A DNA stretch of 64,000 bases, from IMG/VR virus record IMGVR_UViG_3300023176_003360; one strand, written 5' to 3'. The first letter of the stretch is position 1; every line of letters begins with the position of its first letter. Source of the DNA: an uncultured virus (IMG/VR IMGVR_UViG_3300023176_003360) (taxonomy: Duplodnaviria; Heunggongvirae; Uroviricota; Caudoviricetes). Below the pieces are notes generated by a model. The model did no database searches, was not told the origin of the DNA, and worked only from the letters and a program-made list of their open reading frames with translations. A program made the position numbers and the translations under genes. Positions 31,701-39,546 of the stretch are shown here, in pieces.

Positions 31701-32372
31701 ATTATTTGTACTTACAAAACTATTTTTGTCTACATAATCTTTTGTTGCGGCAGTTAATCCGTTGTCACCAAACTGCGGAGTTCCTGACAACAATAACGGT
31801 CCAGTCATGGAATCACCGGCTAGTGCTACCTTGCTGTCTACATATTGTTTGTTTGCCGCTTCGTCATTTAAACTTGGTGTTCTTGGATTTCCACTACCGT
31901 CTTGTAATAAAATTTGTCCTGTTGCTGTATCACCTGCGCCGTCAATAAATTTATCATCAGCATATTGTTTTGTTACAGCGTCTTGTGTTTTGGTTGGAGT
32001 ACCTAAGTTTTCAATTAAAAAGTTTTGTGCGTCTAAGTTTCCGCCAAGTTGTGGCGTTGTATCACGAACAACTTCTGTACCAGTGTTTCTAATAATAATT
32101 TTAGTAGGATCAGCGGCGTTATCAATTGTTAAACCATCGCCTTCGATTGTTTTTTCAACAATAGCATCACCTGTTGCGTTTGTTGCAATAACTTTATTGC
32201 TAGTAATTGTCGCTGGTGTGTTATCTAGGTTTTGAAAGTTTAATCCACCACCTAGTCCTAGTGCCGCGTAAATTTCAACAAAGTTTTGATTTACTTTATT
32301 AAAACCCGTTCTGATACTATCACCAGTAGCGTCATTACCCGTAGTACCAATATTAACTTCTTGACGTGCCAT
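25782..32372 (-). CDS. Very large tail fibre / receptor-binding protein (2196 aa)
   Basis: gp9-like N-terminus, DAxTKxYxD repeats, beta-helix-like middle, C-terminal ADLAENY...GRVPCKV chaperone/autocleavage-type domain. Confidence 0.8.
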   Translation of the reverse strand: MARQEVNIGTTGNDATGDSIRTGFNKVNQNFVEIYAALGLGGGLNFQNLDNTPATITSNKVIATNATGDAIVEKTIEGDGLTIDNAADPTKIIIRNTGTEVVRDTTPQLGGNLDAQNFLIENLGTPTKTQDAVTKQYADDKFIDGAGDTATGQILLQDGSGNPRTPSLNDEAANKQYVDSKVALAGDSMTGPLLLSGTPQFGDNGLTAATKDYVDKNSFVSTNNIFVSKSGRTEAQMKARGVDQSQIGRSQAYAFDTVREACFYAERIMKGDIELKKQGLYTGDVFWKVPGKKPGEYTINLAADGTEDLTNVLANKLLVDNRRFVQEETLAYIEAEINDGDNTDDFASTFTFDRDYCYRDIGLIIDAISFDLTYVGNSKTVDAALSYWNGATSKVAGQQAETVAAINFAKDLILNNVLTNTPYVAPSNLQNPNAYTLLTNNLDFIADEVIAYIDDAISTGTGIYSGFVYDSVKCRRDTKLILEGVAFDLRYGGNTKSRTNAQSYWDGATSQVAGQQPQTIDSLDYARDLVNNYILTNTPFTAKQISSTQFTNSLNGEAAAITKVTTLMNSITSVINTGLSAVPAYQGTFSNQSGYEQFIDSSVIAESGASATISSLMGIITDVITNGTGSAPAKTGGNGRETNIPLPEVTIFVESGVYEEYFPIVIPENVSLKGDEFRRTTIQPLIGVRPPQRSLDMIFERGDLLRYNGTSLPKESRYRNHYDSQYSRADTFSGSVNQAGNTQITLKDCAYPPVNGVYFVNNGVTYYVKDWASDPDSVGDSTRWRGNLYSDINTTTGTTLANTINNNTVIELKKLNQHMDCFLMNNATILRNLSVRRHQGYVNVLDPEGQILTKSPYVQTCSSFSAQGGGGQYVDGNAGVQYGTVVDNPASGSTITLQGLTRRIQLPTTFLYQDSRNFVSGVSDFEKFTYRVIGATAPVDDGLGAGTYKQTLTLASDTLIQSRTRSNLAGDIPQGTEIRVETAGNKSMTANDYTQINSDGYGLVATNAGLIEAVSVFTYYCDVAYWARNGGQIRSLNGSNGYGRIGIQAEGSDPNENLQSGQTFFRQVNATATGSPDVDYTQTVKAHTIDSGDNITGNTALIIKDFDYLPFEDSRVVLTQFSSNNDTTEYVVNEIIPANLDIASITIGNPCKVTTSSQHYFRHGSVVELTGLNGNGFTTIDGAYYIDVNSGNGTTEFFLYTDSGLTTGFDSSAVQDGAYSGSGGSALYGGRATLSLGSSLNLGVATQIPNDGVMTLTVGKKVLLKNIIDAPRVLPSSALQFAGVGIDGQVFRILNVERFDVLEPSGTVSNIQEHLLDLRVPPNLTADVTSIVTTRISTMRATGHDFLNIGWGNYADSNYPNNVFGAPAGKPDYSSVQSNEAVEVGSGRVFYASTDQDGNFRVGSFFRVNQGDGSVELNANIGLTNVDSLKFTKGTSIDEFSTDRKMQGLSDDAVPTEGTIAEYINSSIIGQHEDGSDFPEPTTTGSQTGGTYGLLNRAGYNGTNLAWNRMNGELNMNSNKITNIFQGTNNTDAINKLYADNVFKGDFTDSLRTDVKAFTMLNDSTLDSGTIDMNGNRIKSLRDPVDGSDAVTKQYVDSQNSIGGLEGTTITGNPSNTDLLMFTGTNTVDGLGNPIVGMVNVGLDTTTNSDANSRLFGEPSGTGSDVRLIRAGNSIQIGLATGAVKNADVSNEAAIAQSKLSLNLATTRTTANGGGRIISTILLNNPIRVQTSTNHDLVPGDRITIKDVLGTVELNGNQYYVQVINATNVDLYTDSALTATVNGGSGFSAYVSGGTVTNSRLLQEASGLASFDDDEFTLDNGWVTHRTSTSITTGLPLTKLQQQAASSILGVPAGAGSAAVVQPLIPSAVRTILNVEDGADVTDYTNVKTAGAIMKDGTVSMNDSTVLKVYDLEPKTDNQRDLGSSTKYWNDIYGTTLNAEIIKKKASGTNLTIQNNAGTTALTIAETVANSTFAGSSAKLTTARSITLSGAVTSSAINFDGSANITISTSVNHNHDADYVNVGGDTMTGTLISRAIRPDGNNTYDLGTSGNKYANVWATTFQGTATSARFADLAENYLGDNTYEPGTVIVFGGQNEVTVSQDYMTTKIAGVVSTNPAHLMNSDLAGDFVVTVALQGRVPCKVLGKVNKGDMIVASDVPGVGVASDNPKLGSVIGKALENYDNSTEVGTIEVVVGRL

Positions 32373-32375
32373 ATT

Positions 32376-32699
32376 TTAAACTCCGAAACTTTCTCCACAT
32401 CCGCAACTTGATGTAGCATTAGGGTTGCTTATGTTCATATAAGAACCAAAAACTTCTTTCTTAAAGTCTATTGTAGTACCCGCTACATACAATAAACCTG
32501 CTCCATCAATAGCAAAATTGCCATTGCTTAATTCAAATACTTCATCGTCATCTGCTACTTCGTCTACAGCCTTCCACTCATACGTAAAACCAGCACATCC
32601 GCCGCCCTTAACGCTTAATTTAACGTACTTTTTGCCTTCTTTAGCAAGTACGCCTTCCATGTGTTCTTTTGCTGAATCTGTTACAGTTACGATGCTCAT
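32376..32699 (-). CDS. iscA: A-type Fe-S cluster carrier (IscA/HesB)
   Basis: GGGCAG and CGCGESF motifs. Confidence 0.92.
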   Translation of the reverse strand: MSIVTVTDSAKEHMEGVLAKEGKKYVKLSVKGGGCAGFTYEWKAVDEVADDDEVFELSNGNFAIDGAGLLYVAGTTIDFKKEVFGSYMNISNPNATSSCGCGESFGV

Positions 32700-32745
32700 G
32701 ACAATATTTATGTTATTATTTTATAATCCGAATGTAAATAGCATT

Positions 32746-33033
32746 ATGTTCGTAAGAATAGAAAACAGTATTACACACTATTATCGTAAGAGCAAAAAGG
32801 GCAAAATACACCCCTACAAACGCATGAAACAGGTTGCAGTGTTTATCTGTGATGAGTGCGAAACAGAATTCAAACGTGAGAAAGGCAAGGTTGATCCTAA
32901 ACGGTTAAGCGACAATTATTTTCACGTATGCGAGAAGTGTGATCCTAAGAGATTTGCACAAAAGAAGGGTGTACAGAAACGTTTAGTATGGAATATGCCC
33001 GCAGGCAGTGAAATAGATATTAGTAAGATTTAA
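32746..33033 (+). CDS. Basic zinc-ribbon protein (start MFVRIE)
   Basis: CxxC...CxxC. TAAATA-N5-ATG start. Confidence 0.7.
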   Translation: MFVRIENSITHYYRKSKKGKIHPYKRMKQVAVFICDECETEFKREKGKVDPKRLSDNYFHVCEKCDPKRFAQKKGVQKRLVWNMPAGSEIDISKI

Positions 33034-33395
33034 AAAGGCATTAGATCGCGGTATTCTTCCGCTATCTTATCTTTGCCCCATTGTGGTAACATGGTTGTAA
33101 CCACTTCAACTTTGTGTATTTTACTGTGTGATTCTAGTGTTAGGTTTCTAACTTGTTTTAGCAATTCGTCAGCAAAAGGACACCAAGCACTAGTAAACGT
33201 CATAAGCACATATAACGTGCCATTTTCAGTAATCTTTAGATCATAAATTAATCCAAGATCGTAAACGTTTAAAGAAATTTCAGGATCAAAGATGCCCTTC
33301 AAACAATCTATAACAGCAGGTCCAACTTGTTCCCAAAGTTGAGAATCATTTTGTACTGTGTCTAGTGTTTTATGAAAGGCATCATGTGAATCCAT
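33030..33395 (-). CDS. SufT/PaaD-like (DUF59) Fe-S assembly protein
   Basis: DPEISLNVYDLGLIY and MTFTSAWCP motifs. Confidence 0.85.
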   Translation of the reverse strand: MDSHDAFHKTLDTVQNDSQLWEQVGPAVIDCLKGIFDPEISLNVYDLGLIYDLKITENGTLYVLMTFTSAWCPFADELLKQVRNLTLESHSKIHKVEVVTTMLPQWGKDKIAEEYRDLMPF

Positions 33396-33399
33396 TTAA

Positions 33400-33564
33400 T
33401 TACTCAGACTTCCAAATAGTCCAAGCACCGTATGCGATAGCACCGTATGCAAATAGCGCCGCAATTGGTTTGAAAATTAAAAACGCAATACCAGCGGCAA
33501 CTAATACTGCACCGTCAAGTGTTGTACGTTCTTTTAATCGAGCGTTAATCCATTTTTGTAACAT
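33400..33564 (-). CDS. 54-aa membrane protein
   Basis: MLQKWINARLKERTTLDGAVLV..., AAGGAG RBS, hydrophobic. Not in the ORF track. Confidence 0.7.
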   Translation of the reverse strand: MLQKWINARLKERTTLDGAVLVAAGIAFLIFKPIAALFAYGAIAYGAWTIWKSE

Positions 33565-33567
33565 GAT

Positions 33568-33741
33568 TTACTCCTTTTTAGTTTTTGGTCTGCCACGTTT
33601 TGCTCCTTTGTTAGGTGCTTTTTTAGTGGTAGTTTTTTTAACCGCAGGTTTCTTTGTTGCGGCTGGCTTTTTTGCTGGTTCCTTCTCTTCAGGAGCAGAT
33701 GGAAAAAGCCAATTGGTTAGGTTTTTAAGCCATACAAACAT
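33568..33741 (-). CDS. 57-aa Lys/Ala/Pro-rich histone-like peptide with AT-hook
   Basis: PAKKPAATKKPAVKK...KRGRPK, AGGAG RBS. Not in the ORF track. Confidence 0.7.
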   Translation of the reverse strand: MFVWLKNLTNWLFPSAPEEKEPAKKPAATKKPAVKKTTTKKAPNKGAKRGRPKTKKE

Positions 33742-33750
33742 TGTATTCTC

Positions 33751-34305
33751 CTATTTGTCTGTTAATATAATTACCCCGCAAGCAAGTCGTTCGCCTGCGT
33801 TTCCGGTTTTAAGCGATTCTTCATCTCCGCCTTTGCCAAGATCATCCTCGTTAGAATGAATAACAATAGCACGACCTATAACACTGCGTTCTCCAATAAG
33901 GTCAACACGTTTTGCTATAATGGTAAAGTCGGCTATGCCGTTTGTGTTCGCTGTGACATTTCCTAAATCACCTATGTGTCCATTATCTAAATCACCATGA
34001 TCTACATCATCGGGATTATAATGACCACCGGCGCTTTCACAGCCATTTGTCAAATCACCAAACTCGTGTATATGAAATCCATGTTCGCCTGGTTCAAGTC
34101 CTGTAATACGTCCTACAATAACAGTACCTGTACCTTGTTTGAGTTGTCTTAACAGAATTGTGCCTTTAACAGTTTCACTTTGTTCAAGTTCGCAAAGAGC
34201 AGTTACCTGTTCTTTTGCTTCATTAAGCGAATTCAGTTGCGAGCATTGACATTCTTGTGCCCGTGTTCTCGGACAACTCTTGTCTGCTATTTCCGTTAGT
34301 TTCAT
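33751..34305 (-). CDS. sodC: Cu/Zn superoxide dismutase
   Basis: HGFHIH, GGHYNP, HIGDLGN, IVIH, GNAGERLACGVI. Confidence 0.95.
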   Translation of the reverse strand: MKLTEIADKSCPRTRAQECQCSQLNSLNEAKEQVTALCELEQSETVKGTILLRQLKQGTGTVIVGRITGLEPGEHGFHIHEFGDLTNGCESAGGHYNPDDVDHGDLDNGHIGDLGNVTANTNGIADFTIIAKRVDLIGERSVIGRAIVIHSNEDDLGKGGDEESLKTGNAGERLACGVIILTDK

Positions 34306-35323
34306 GATAATATTTATGCAATTTTTGGCTGGCTAAGTTCTTTGCTTTACTTTCGACCATAATATCTGCATAATCCCAGAATGATAATGCCCAGTCATTT
34401 ACTGCGTTATTCCACATGTAATCACTGTGAGCACGAAGTTTTTGTTTCTTGTAACCTGATTCTAATAATACAGGCATGCTAGGTTTAACATGTGTAGGAA
34501 AGTTTACAAGAACATCTTCACGTGATACCGAATAGTGAATAACAGGACGTACACCACGCCAACTATCTACTATGCGAGCAAATCTATCATCGGTTGGTAG
34601 AATGTATTCTCCACTATTGACCCAGTGGTGGTGTATGTCAAGAACGAGTGCGACGTGTTTTTCAAGTTCGAGGCTTGCGTCGATTCCCCACGACATTTCG
34701 TCGTTTTCAATAGTAAGTGTGTTTCGTGCTTCTGGAGACAGTCTTGGAAGGACGTTGATGATACCGGCTGGACCTTGTCTACCGGAGATGTGGACATTAC
34801 ACTTGAAGTCCTGCCAATCTTTACCGTAACCCATCCACCTGGCGATGTCAATGTGATACTCAAATTCTTCTATGCTCCGTTCAACGATATCAGGATTATC
34901 TGACGCAAGTACAGTAAACTGACCAGGATGCATAGAAAGCCTAACATCCAGTTCACGAGCCTTTGCGCCGACGTGAGCCAAGTTCCTTTCACAATATTGT
35001 CGTACATCAGGCTTGCGCCAGAAGTAAGACCAAGTAGGCTCAGTATAAACAGGTAGGACGTCACTTCCCAACCTAACCATACGTAATTCATTCGGTAGTC
35101 CTCCTACATAGTTAACAAGGTTCCAATAACTTTGTATGTTATGAACCATAATGTCCCATAGACGCTGTTCAGCAACTTCACGTGTTTGTCTATTCAACCA
35201 AGCAACAGTTGTTGATCGTGTGTTTAGTGGTCGCTGTATTTCCTCTAGTAATTTTTTCTTTTGTGTTTGATTTGGATGCATGTACTTACATGCGAAGCCT
35301 ATACGTTTAGATTGAGAATTCAT
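34223..35323 (-). CDS. uvsE: UV damage endonuclease (UVDE)
   Basis: RLSMHPGQF, IENDE, LDIHHH, HYS, AHSD, MVESK. Confidence 0.92.
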   Translation of the reverse strand: MNSQSKRIGFACKYMHPNQTQKKKLLEEIQRPLNTRSTTVAWLNRQTREVAEQRLWDIMVHNIQSYWNLVNYVGGLPNELRMVRLGSDVLPVYTEPTWSYFWRKPDVRQYCERNLAHVGAKARELDVRLSMHPGQFTVLASDNPDIVERSIEEFEYHIDIARWMGYGKDWQDFKCNVHISGRQGPAGIINVLPRLSPEARNTLTIENDEMSWGIDASLELEKHVALVLDIHHHWVNSGEYILPTDDRFARIVDSWRGVRPVIHYSVSREDVLVNFPTHVKPSMPVLLESGYKKQKLRAHSDYMWNNAVNDWALSFWDYADIMVESKAKNLASQKLHKYYHETNGNSRQELSENTGTRMSMLATEFA

Positions 35324-36035
35324 CTTGTAATATTTTCCAAGTTTCTTTGTAGTCTTTTATATTATAGCAAAAACCAAGATCATTGTCAAGTATGACCTTT
35401 TTCAAAGGATAGTCATTGCCCGCTATATCCATTCTATCACCAAAAAATTGCAGTATATCATTAACAGGATCAAAGTCTTCTACTATTTGACTTTTATCAC
35501 TGCCTTTTGGAGCAATGTCTATACCAGTTTCGCCTCCGGGCCTTGCTTCAATATTAGGAAATAATTCATTAAACTGTCTAGCGATTATATTGCGTTCGTT
35601 TTTGTGTTCGTCCCATTCCTTGTACATAGCACGTTCTTCTAAGTTAGCATTGCGACCAACAATGCTAAAATTTACCATACCAGGTCTGTGTTCAAAATGT
35701 AATCCTGTTTTCCTATAGAATTTACTTTCGGCTAACATTTCACTTAACCAACCATGTGCTGTTTCAGGTAGTGTCCAATTATTTGTAAGAATATTTTCGC
35801 CTTTTTTCCAAACATCATTGCCTGAACAGTTGTAAACACATTCTACTTTTTCACAAATAGTTTTACCTAGTTGTTCTACAGTTTTTGGATAGTCACTACC
35901 TGTAATTAGATATACATAGTTTTCATCGCAAAACTTTGTAAAGAACTTTTGGAATTCTTTGTCAATAGTTCTACGGCTAGGTGTTAGTGTGCCGTCAACA
36001 TCAAATATAAATCTATTGCTTACTGTCATGTCCAA
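35307..36035 (-). CDS. HAD-IIB phosphomannomutase (eukaryotic-type PMM)
   Basis: FDVDGTLTP, NFSIVGR, FFGD...GNDY. Confidence 0.85.
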   Translation of the reverse strand: MDMTVSNRFIFDVDGTLTPSRRTIDKEFQKFFTKFCDENYVYLITGSDYPKTVEQLGKTICEKVECVYNCSGNDVWKKGENILTNNWTLPETAHGWLSEMLAESKFYRKTGLHFEHRPGMVNFSIVGRNANLEERAMYKEWDEHKNERNIIARQFNELFPNIEARPGGETGIDIAPKGSDKSQIVEDFDPVNDILQFFGDRMDIAGNDYPLKKVILDNDLGFCYNIKDYKETWKILQDEFSI

Positions 36036-36904
36036 TTATTCCTTACCCAAGGGTCATCGCAGTTATGAGGATTAGGATCACCATGAAATACACAAATACA
36101 GCATTCGCTAGGCGGAACAACATCTTCTATTTTATGAAACTTTCTGCTTCCTTTTGGTCCACTTTGTAATGCTCTATCATTTCTAATTTCCCATTTCCAA
36201 CTTCTTATCCATTCGTCTGGCCAACACTTTGCAGTATCTTTTGCAACGGTGTACAACCAGTCTTGATCTCCAAAATGACTTCTTATAACTTTTTGAGGAT
36301 CTTCGATAAACCTTGACCAAACATGATCTAATTGACCTAGTTTAAATCTAATAACAGAACTATTGTATTTTTGCCAGTTAGGTTGCATAGCACGGGTGAA
36401 ATCTCGAATAACGCACCAATCATTAGGTTCATAATCAAATAATTTATTCAAGTTACCACTAATAACAACGTCCAGATCCATATACAAAATTGTGCTGTCT
36501 TTTGCTAAAGGTAAATCTGCTGAATACATATAAGGTTTGCACCACCAACCTGTAAGTTCTTTAGGTAAGTTTAAGCACATAATATCTTTATCAATTCCGT
36601 CTATATTATCGGTTAAACAAACCATAGTAAACGGTATTGTAAGATTACGTTTTACCATGCTGTACAGTGTGTTTACATATTTTGCCGAATACTTGTCACC
36701 ATGTTTTAAACATAGAACATAATTTTGTCGTTTAACTAAAGGATTATGAGGATGATAATTTTCACTAGACTCTATTTTTTGGCCTATCTGACTAAGTTCC
36801 TGTAAGGCTTGTTGCTGACGTTTTTTCTCTTTTTCACGCCTGCGTTGTTCCTTTAAAATTTTAAATTGTTCTTTAGTGTATTTGCTTTTATCAATTTTTG
36901 CCAT
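36026..36904 (-). CDS. Glycosyltransferase (GT-A)
   Basis: KYSAKYVN, WWCK, DLD, NSS, GDQ, FHGDPNP. Confidence 0.8.
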   Translation of the reverse strand: MAKIDKSKYTKEQFKILKEQRRREKEKKRQQQALQELSQIGQKIESSENYHPHNPLVKRQNYVLCLKHGDKYSAKYVNTLYSMVKRNLTIPFTMVCLTDNIDGIDKDIMCLNLPKELTGWWCKPYMYSADLPLAKDSTILYMDLDVVISGNLNKLFDYEPNDWCVIRDFTRAMQPNWQKYNSSVIRFKLGQLDHVWSRFIEDPQKVIRSHFGDQDWLYTVAKDTAKCWPDEWIRSWKWEIRNDRALQSGPKGSRKFHKIEDVVPPSECCICVFHGDPNPHNCDDPWVRNNWT

Positions 36905-37682
36905 CGGTACGCACCACTTTGTTAATAGAAGAAATACTTTTTAAAATATCTTCTAGGTCATCTAACTTTACCATATTAGGACCGTCGCTGGGTGCGTTAT
37001 CAGGATCAGGATGGACTTCCATAAAGAAATTTTCTATGCCCAACCCTGCACCTGCACGAGCCAACCCAGGCACATACCCGCGATTACCGCCACTGCTAGA
37101 GCCCATACCTCCGGGTTTTTGAACGGAGTGCGTAAGGTCAAAAACAATGGGAACGTTATAATTGTCAAGCATAAACTGAAGGCCAGTGAAGTCAGTGACC
37201 AAAGTATTATATCCAAAACTTGTTCCCCTTTCTGTAATCCATATTTCTCGAGCACCTTCTGTCTTTGATAGTATACCTGCTACATCCCATGGTGCTAAAA
37301 ACTGACCTTTCTTGATGTTTATAATTTTTCCTGTTTCAATTGCTCTACGAATTAGGTCCGTTTGTCTACACAAAAATGCAGGAATTTGTATTACATCAAC
37401 AGCATCTTCATAAGACATTACTGCTTGAATCTGATTAATATCATGAACATCTGTGAGTATTTTTAATCCTGGTATTTCTTCTTTCATATCCTGAAAGTCA
37501 GACAGGGTTTTAGCCAACCCCAATCCGCGTTTACCGTTTATGCTTGTTCGATTTGCTTTATCGTAACTTGCTTTAAAAAAGTAATCAAATCCATACTTTG
37601 AAGCAGTTCTTGCACACACGCCTGCAATTTCTAAACTCTGTTCTATGCTTTCGTGTTGACACGGTCCTGCTATAATTCTCAT
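36891..37682 (-). CDS. kdsA: KDO-8-phosphate synthase
   Basis: IAGPC, KASYDKANRTS, QIPAFLCRQT, KKGQF, ERG, DLTHS, SDG. Confidence 0.95.
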   Translation of the reverse strand: MRIIAGPCQHESIEQSLEIAGVCARTASKYGFDYFFKASYDKANRTSINGKRGLGLAKTLSDFQDMKEEIPGLKILTDVHDINQIQAVMSYEDAVDVIQIPAFLCRQTDLIRRAIETGKIINIKKGQFLAPWDVAGILSKTEGAREIWITERGTSFGYNTLVTDFTGLQFMLDNYNVPIVFDLTHSVQKPGGMGSSSGGNRGYVPGLARAGAGLGIENFFMEVHPDPDNAPSDGPNMVKLDDLEDILKSISSINKVVRTDGKN

Positions 37683-37764
37683 CTTAACCTCTTCCAACCA
37701 TTTGCAATTTTACAAGGACCCCATTTACAAGAAGGATCTAATTTCTTTTTACAAATTACACAGA

Positions 37765-38091
37765 TCATGTGGTCCTTTCACCTTGAAATACGCAAATGAA
37801 ATATAATTCACTATCACCCGCATGTACACGGTGAAATACTCCGTCTTTAATTAAAACAGTATCTCCTGGATATACACTAAATGTTTCATCATCTAGTTGC
37901 ATATTACCTGTTCCTTCTAAGAACAAATATACTTCTTCTTGTCCTTCGTGCTTATGACCGCTTGTGCTTTTGTTAGGATTTAATCGTGTTGAACTTACTA
38001 CTAGATTGTTTAGTTCTGTATTATCTTTAACAACATAACGATCATCAGATTTAACAACAGTTCCACCAATGTCCCAGGCTCCGTATTTCAT
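37765..38091 (-). CDS. Cupin domain protein
   Basis: GHKHEGQEEVY and FHRV motifs. Confidence 0.85.
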   Translation of the reverse strand: MKYGAWDIGGTVVKSDDRYVVKDNTELNNLVVSSTRLNPNKSTSGHKHEGQEEVYLFLEGTGNMQLDDETFSVYPGDTVLIKDGVFHRVHAGDSELYFICVFQGERTT

Positions 38092-38094
38092 TTT

Positions 38095-38544
38095 TTATCC
38101 TTCGTAGATTGCTGAGTTAGCACCGTGCTCGGCACACTCGACTTTAACACAATAGCAACGATTGTCCGTTGCTTCTCTAATAAGTTTATCCGCAAAATTA
38201 AATGCGTGTTCCGCAAACTTCTCTGCGCCTACACCATCAAACACTCTAATCTCTGCTAGACCTTTTTCTTCTAGTTCACGTAGTGTTTCCAAGTGTGGAT
38301 CTGCAATGTCCACTGCTACTTTGTGATCAAAGTTATCTTCGAGCCAAGCCTTCAAAGGTTTAAGTCCTCCAAAGTCTACTGCCCAGTTCTTGTTGTCTAA
38401 ATGGTCACATCCAAATGTAAATGTAAATGCTAGACTGTAACCATGTAGCAGATGACAGTGTGAATGATCTGCGTTAGGTTGACGGAATACTGCCGATAAG
38501 CCAATGTTGTGTCCGTAATGTTTTGTACTGTAATGTTTACCCAT
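38095..38544 (-). CDS. queD: 6-carboxytetrahydropterin synthase QueD/PTPS
   Basis: CHLLHGY, VDFG, FDH, EH motifs. Confidence 0.88.
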   Translation of the reverse strand: MGKHYSTKHYGHNIGLSAVFRQPNADHSHCHLLHGYSLAFTFTFGCDHLDNKNWAVDFGGLKPLKAWLEDNFDHKVAVDIADPHLETLRELEEKGLAEIRVFDGVGAEKFAEHAFNFADKLIREATDNRCYCVKVECAEHGANSAIYEG

Positions 38545-38550
38545 TATTAT

Positions 38551-38600
38551 CTCCTTGCTTTAATAATGGCGGCAGAATTAGAAGGGGTGACGCCAAGTCC
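38551..38600 (-). promoter_or_regulatory. Candidate cis-regulatory RNA (hairpin/pseudoknot) at the queD RBS
   Basis: TGGCGTCA/TGCCGCCA stem. The loop CCCCTTCT is partly complementary to the downstream AAGGAG. Confidence 0.4.
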
Positions 38601-38601
38601 T

Positions 38602-38814
38602 TTATATTTGTTTATCATTTTCCAGTTTCTTAAGTTCTATAATTAGATCTAAAAATCTATCAAACATTTCATCTTGTCGATCTAATCTTCCAACTTCTTC
38701 TTCAGTGTATACTTCATCATAATGATTATGATCTTTATGTGTATGCAACTGATACGATAAACATAATACAGAAGCGATTAAGAATCCTAGTAATATGTTT
38801 TTAAACTGTTCCAT
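38602..38814 (-). CDS. Small membrane-anchored protein
   Basis: N-terminal hydrophobic helix and a His-rich stretch. Confidence 0.6.
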   Translation of the reverse strand: MEQFKNILLGFLIASVLCLSYQLHTHKDHNHYDEVYTEEEVGRLDRQDEMFDRFLDLIIELKKLENDKQI

Positions 38815-38844
38815 GCTTTTATTATAACAGATTTAACGTGTAAG

Positions 38845-39546
38845 TCAATAATTATTTTTAGAAAATTGACTTTTTCTTACCAATCTGCAAAACAATTTTC
38901 TAATTGCTTCTAACTTTAGAAAGTATGTCCATTTTTTATTTTTGGTTGGTTTTATACCACAAGCAACTCTATGTACATCGATTAGAAAAATTACCCTATC
39001 TTGATCTGTGTTATTCCAAACATGATGCCAACCTTGATTATCAAAACCAAATGACTTTTCCCAGTTGATTTCTTCACCCATTATTTCCATTCCTAATTTT
39101 TTTGTATCATTAGTTGGAACAACCAATGGAATATGAAATCTTAAGTATTTAGAGTCTAAGTTTACATCTGATCCAAAATGCAATCTTATTTTGCTGTTTG
39201 CTTTAATATAACTGTACATAGCAATAGGACAATCATGACCAAATGTTTCCATTAATTGCCAAGCAGTAGGATAATTGTCTTTTAATTTCTGTGTTGGTTC
39301 TAACCATTCATGTTGATATTTTAAACCTTTTGTTTTCCAGTTACCATTATGTAATTTGTAGCCATATTCTTGACCATCTAGATTAGCAAATATATTTGTG
39401 TGTTCAGGATGATTAGCAATGTAATCTTTAAGCAATGCGTCTTTGATTTCATCCATGTGTTTTAGGAAAGGTATATCCTGTGTTCTATAGATATATTTTT
39501 CAGACATAGCATAATCTATAATTTTTTGTTTTAATTTTTTAAGCAT
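38845..39546 (-). CDS. Asp/Asn beta-hydroxylase (AspH/LpxO-like) 2OG dioxygenase
   Basis: LH..., LRFHIPL, FDNQGWHHVWN, RVIFLID. Confidence 0.8.
   Translation of the reverse strand: MLKKLKQKIIDYAMSEKYIYRTQDIPFLKHMDEIKDALLKDYIANHPEHTNIFANLDGQEYGYKLHNGNWKTKGLKYQHEWLEPTQKLKDNYPTAWQLMETFGHDCPIAMYSYIKANSKIRLHFGSDVNLDSKYLRFHIPLVVPTNDTKKLGMEIMGEEINWEKSFGFDNQGWHHVWNNTDQDRVIFLIDVHRVACGIKPTKNKKWTYFLKLEAIRKLFCRLVRKSQFSKNNY

Noticed and set aside
5418..32235. Many plus-strand ORFs inside clpA, tail-fibre and other minus-strand genes
   Set aside because: They are antisense shadows of genes with clear family motifs, with no RBS or recognisable domains.
33365..33859. 164-aa plus-strand hydrophobic ORF
   Set aside because: It is antisense to two small minus-strand genes that have good RBSs.
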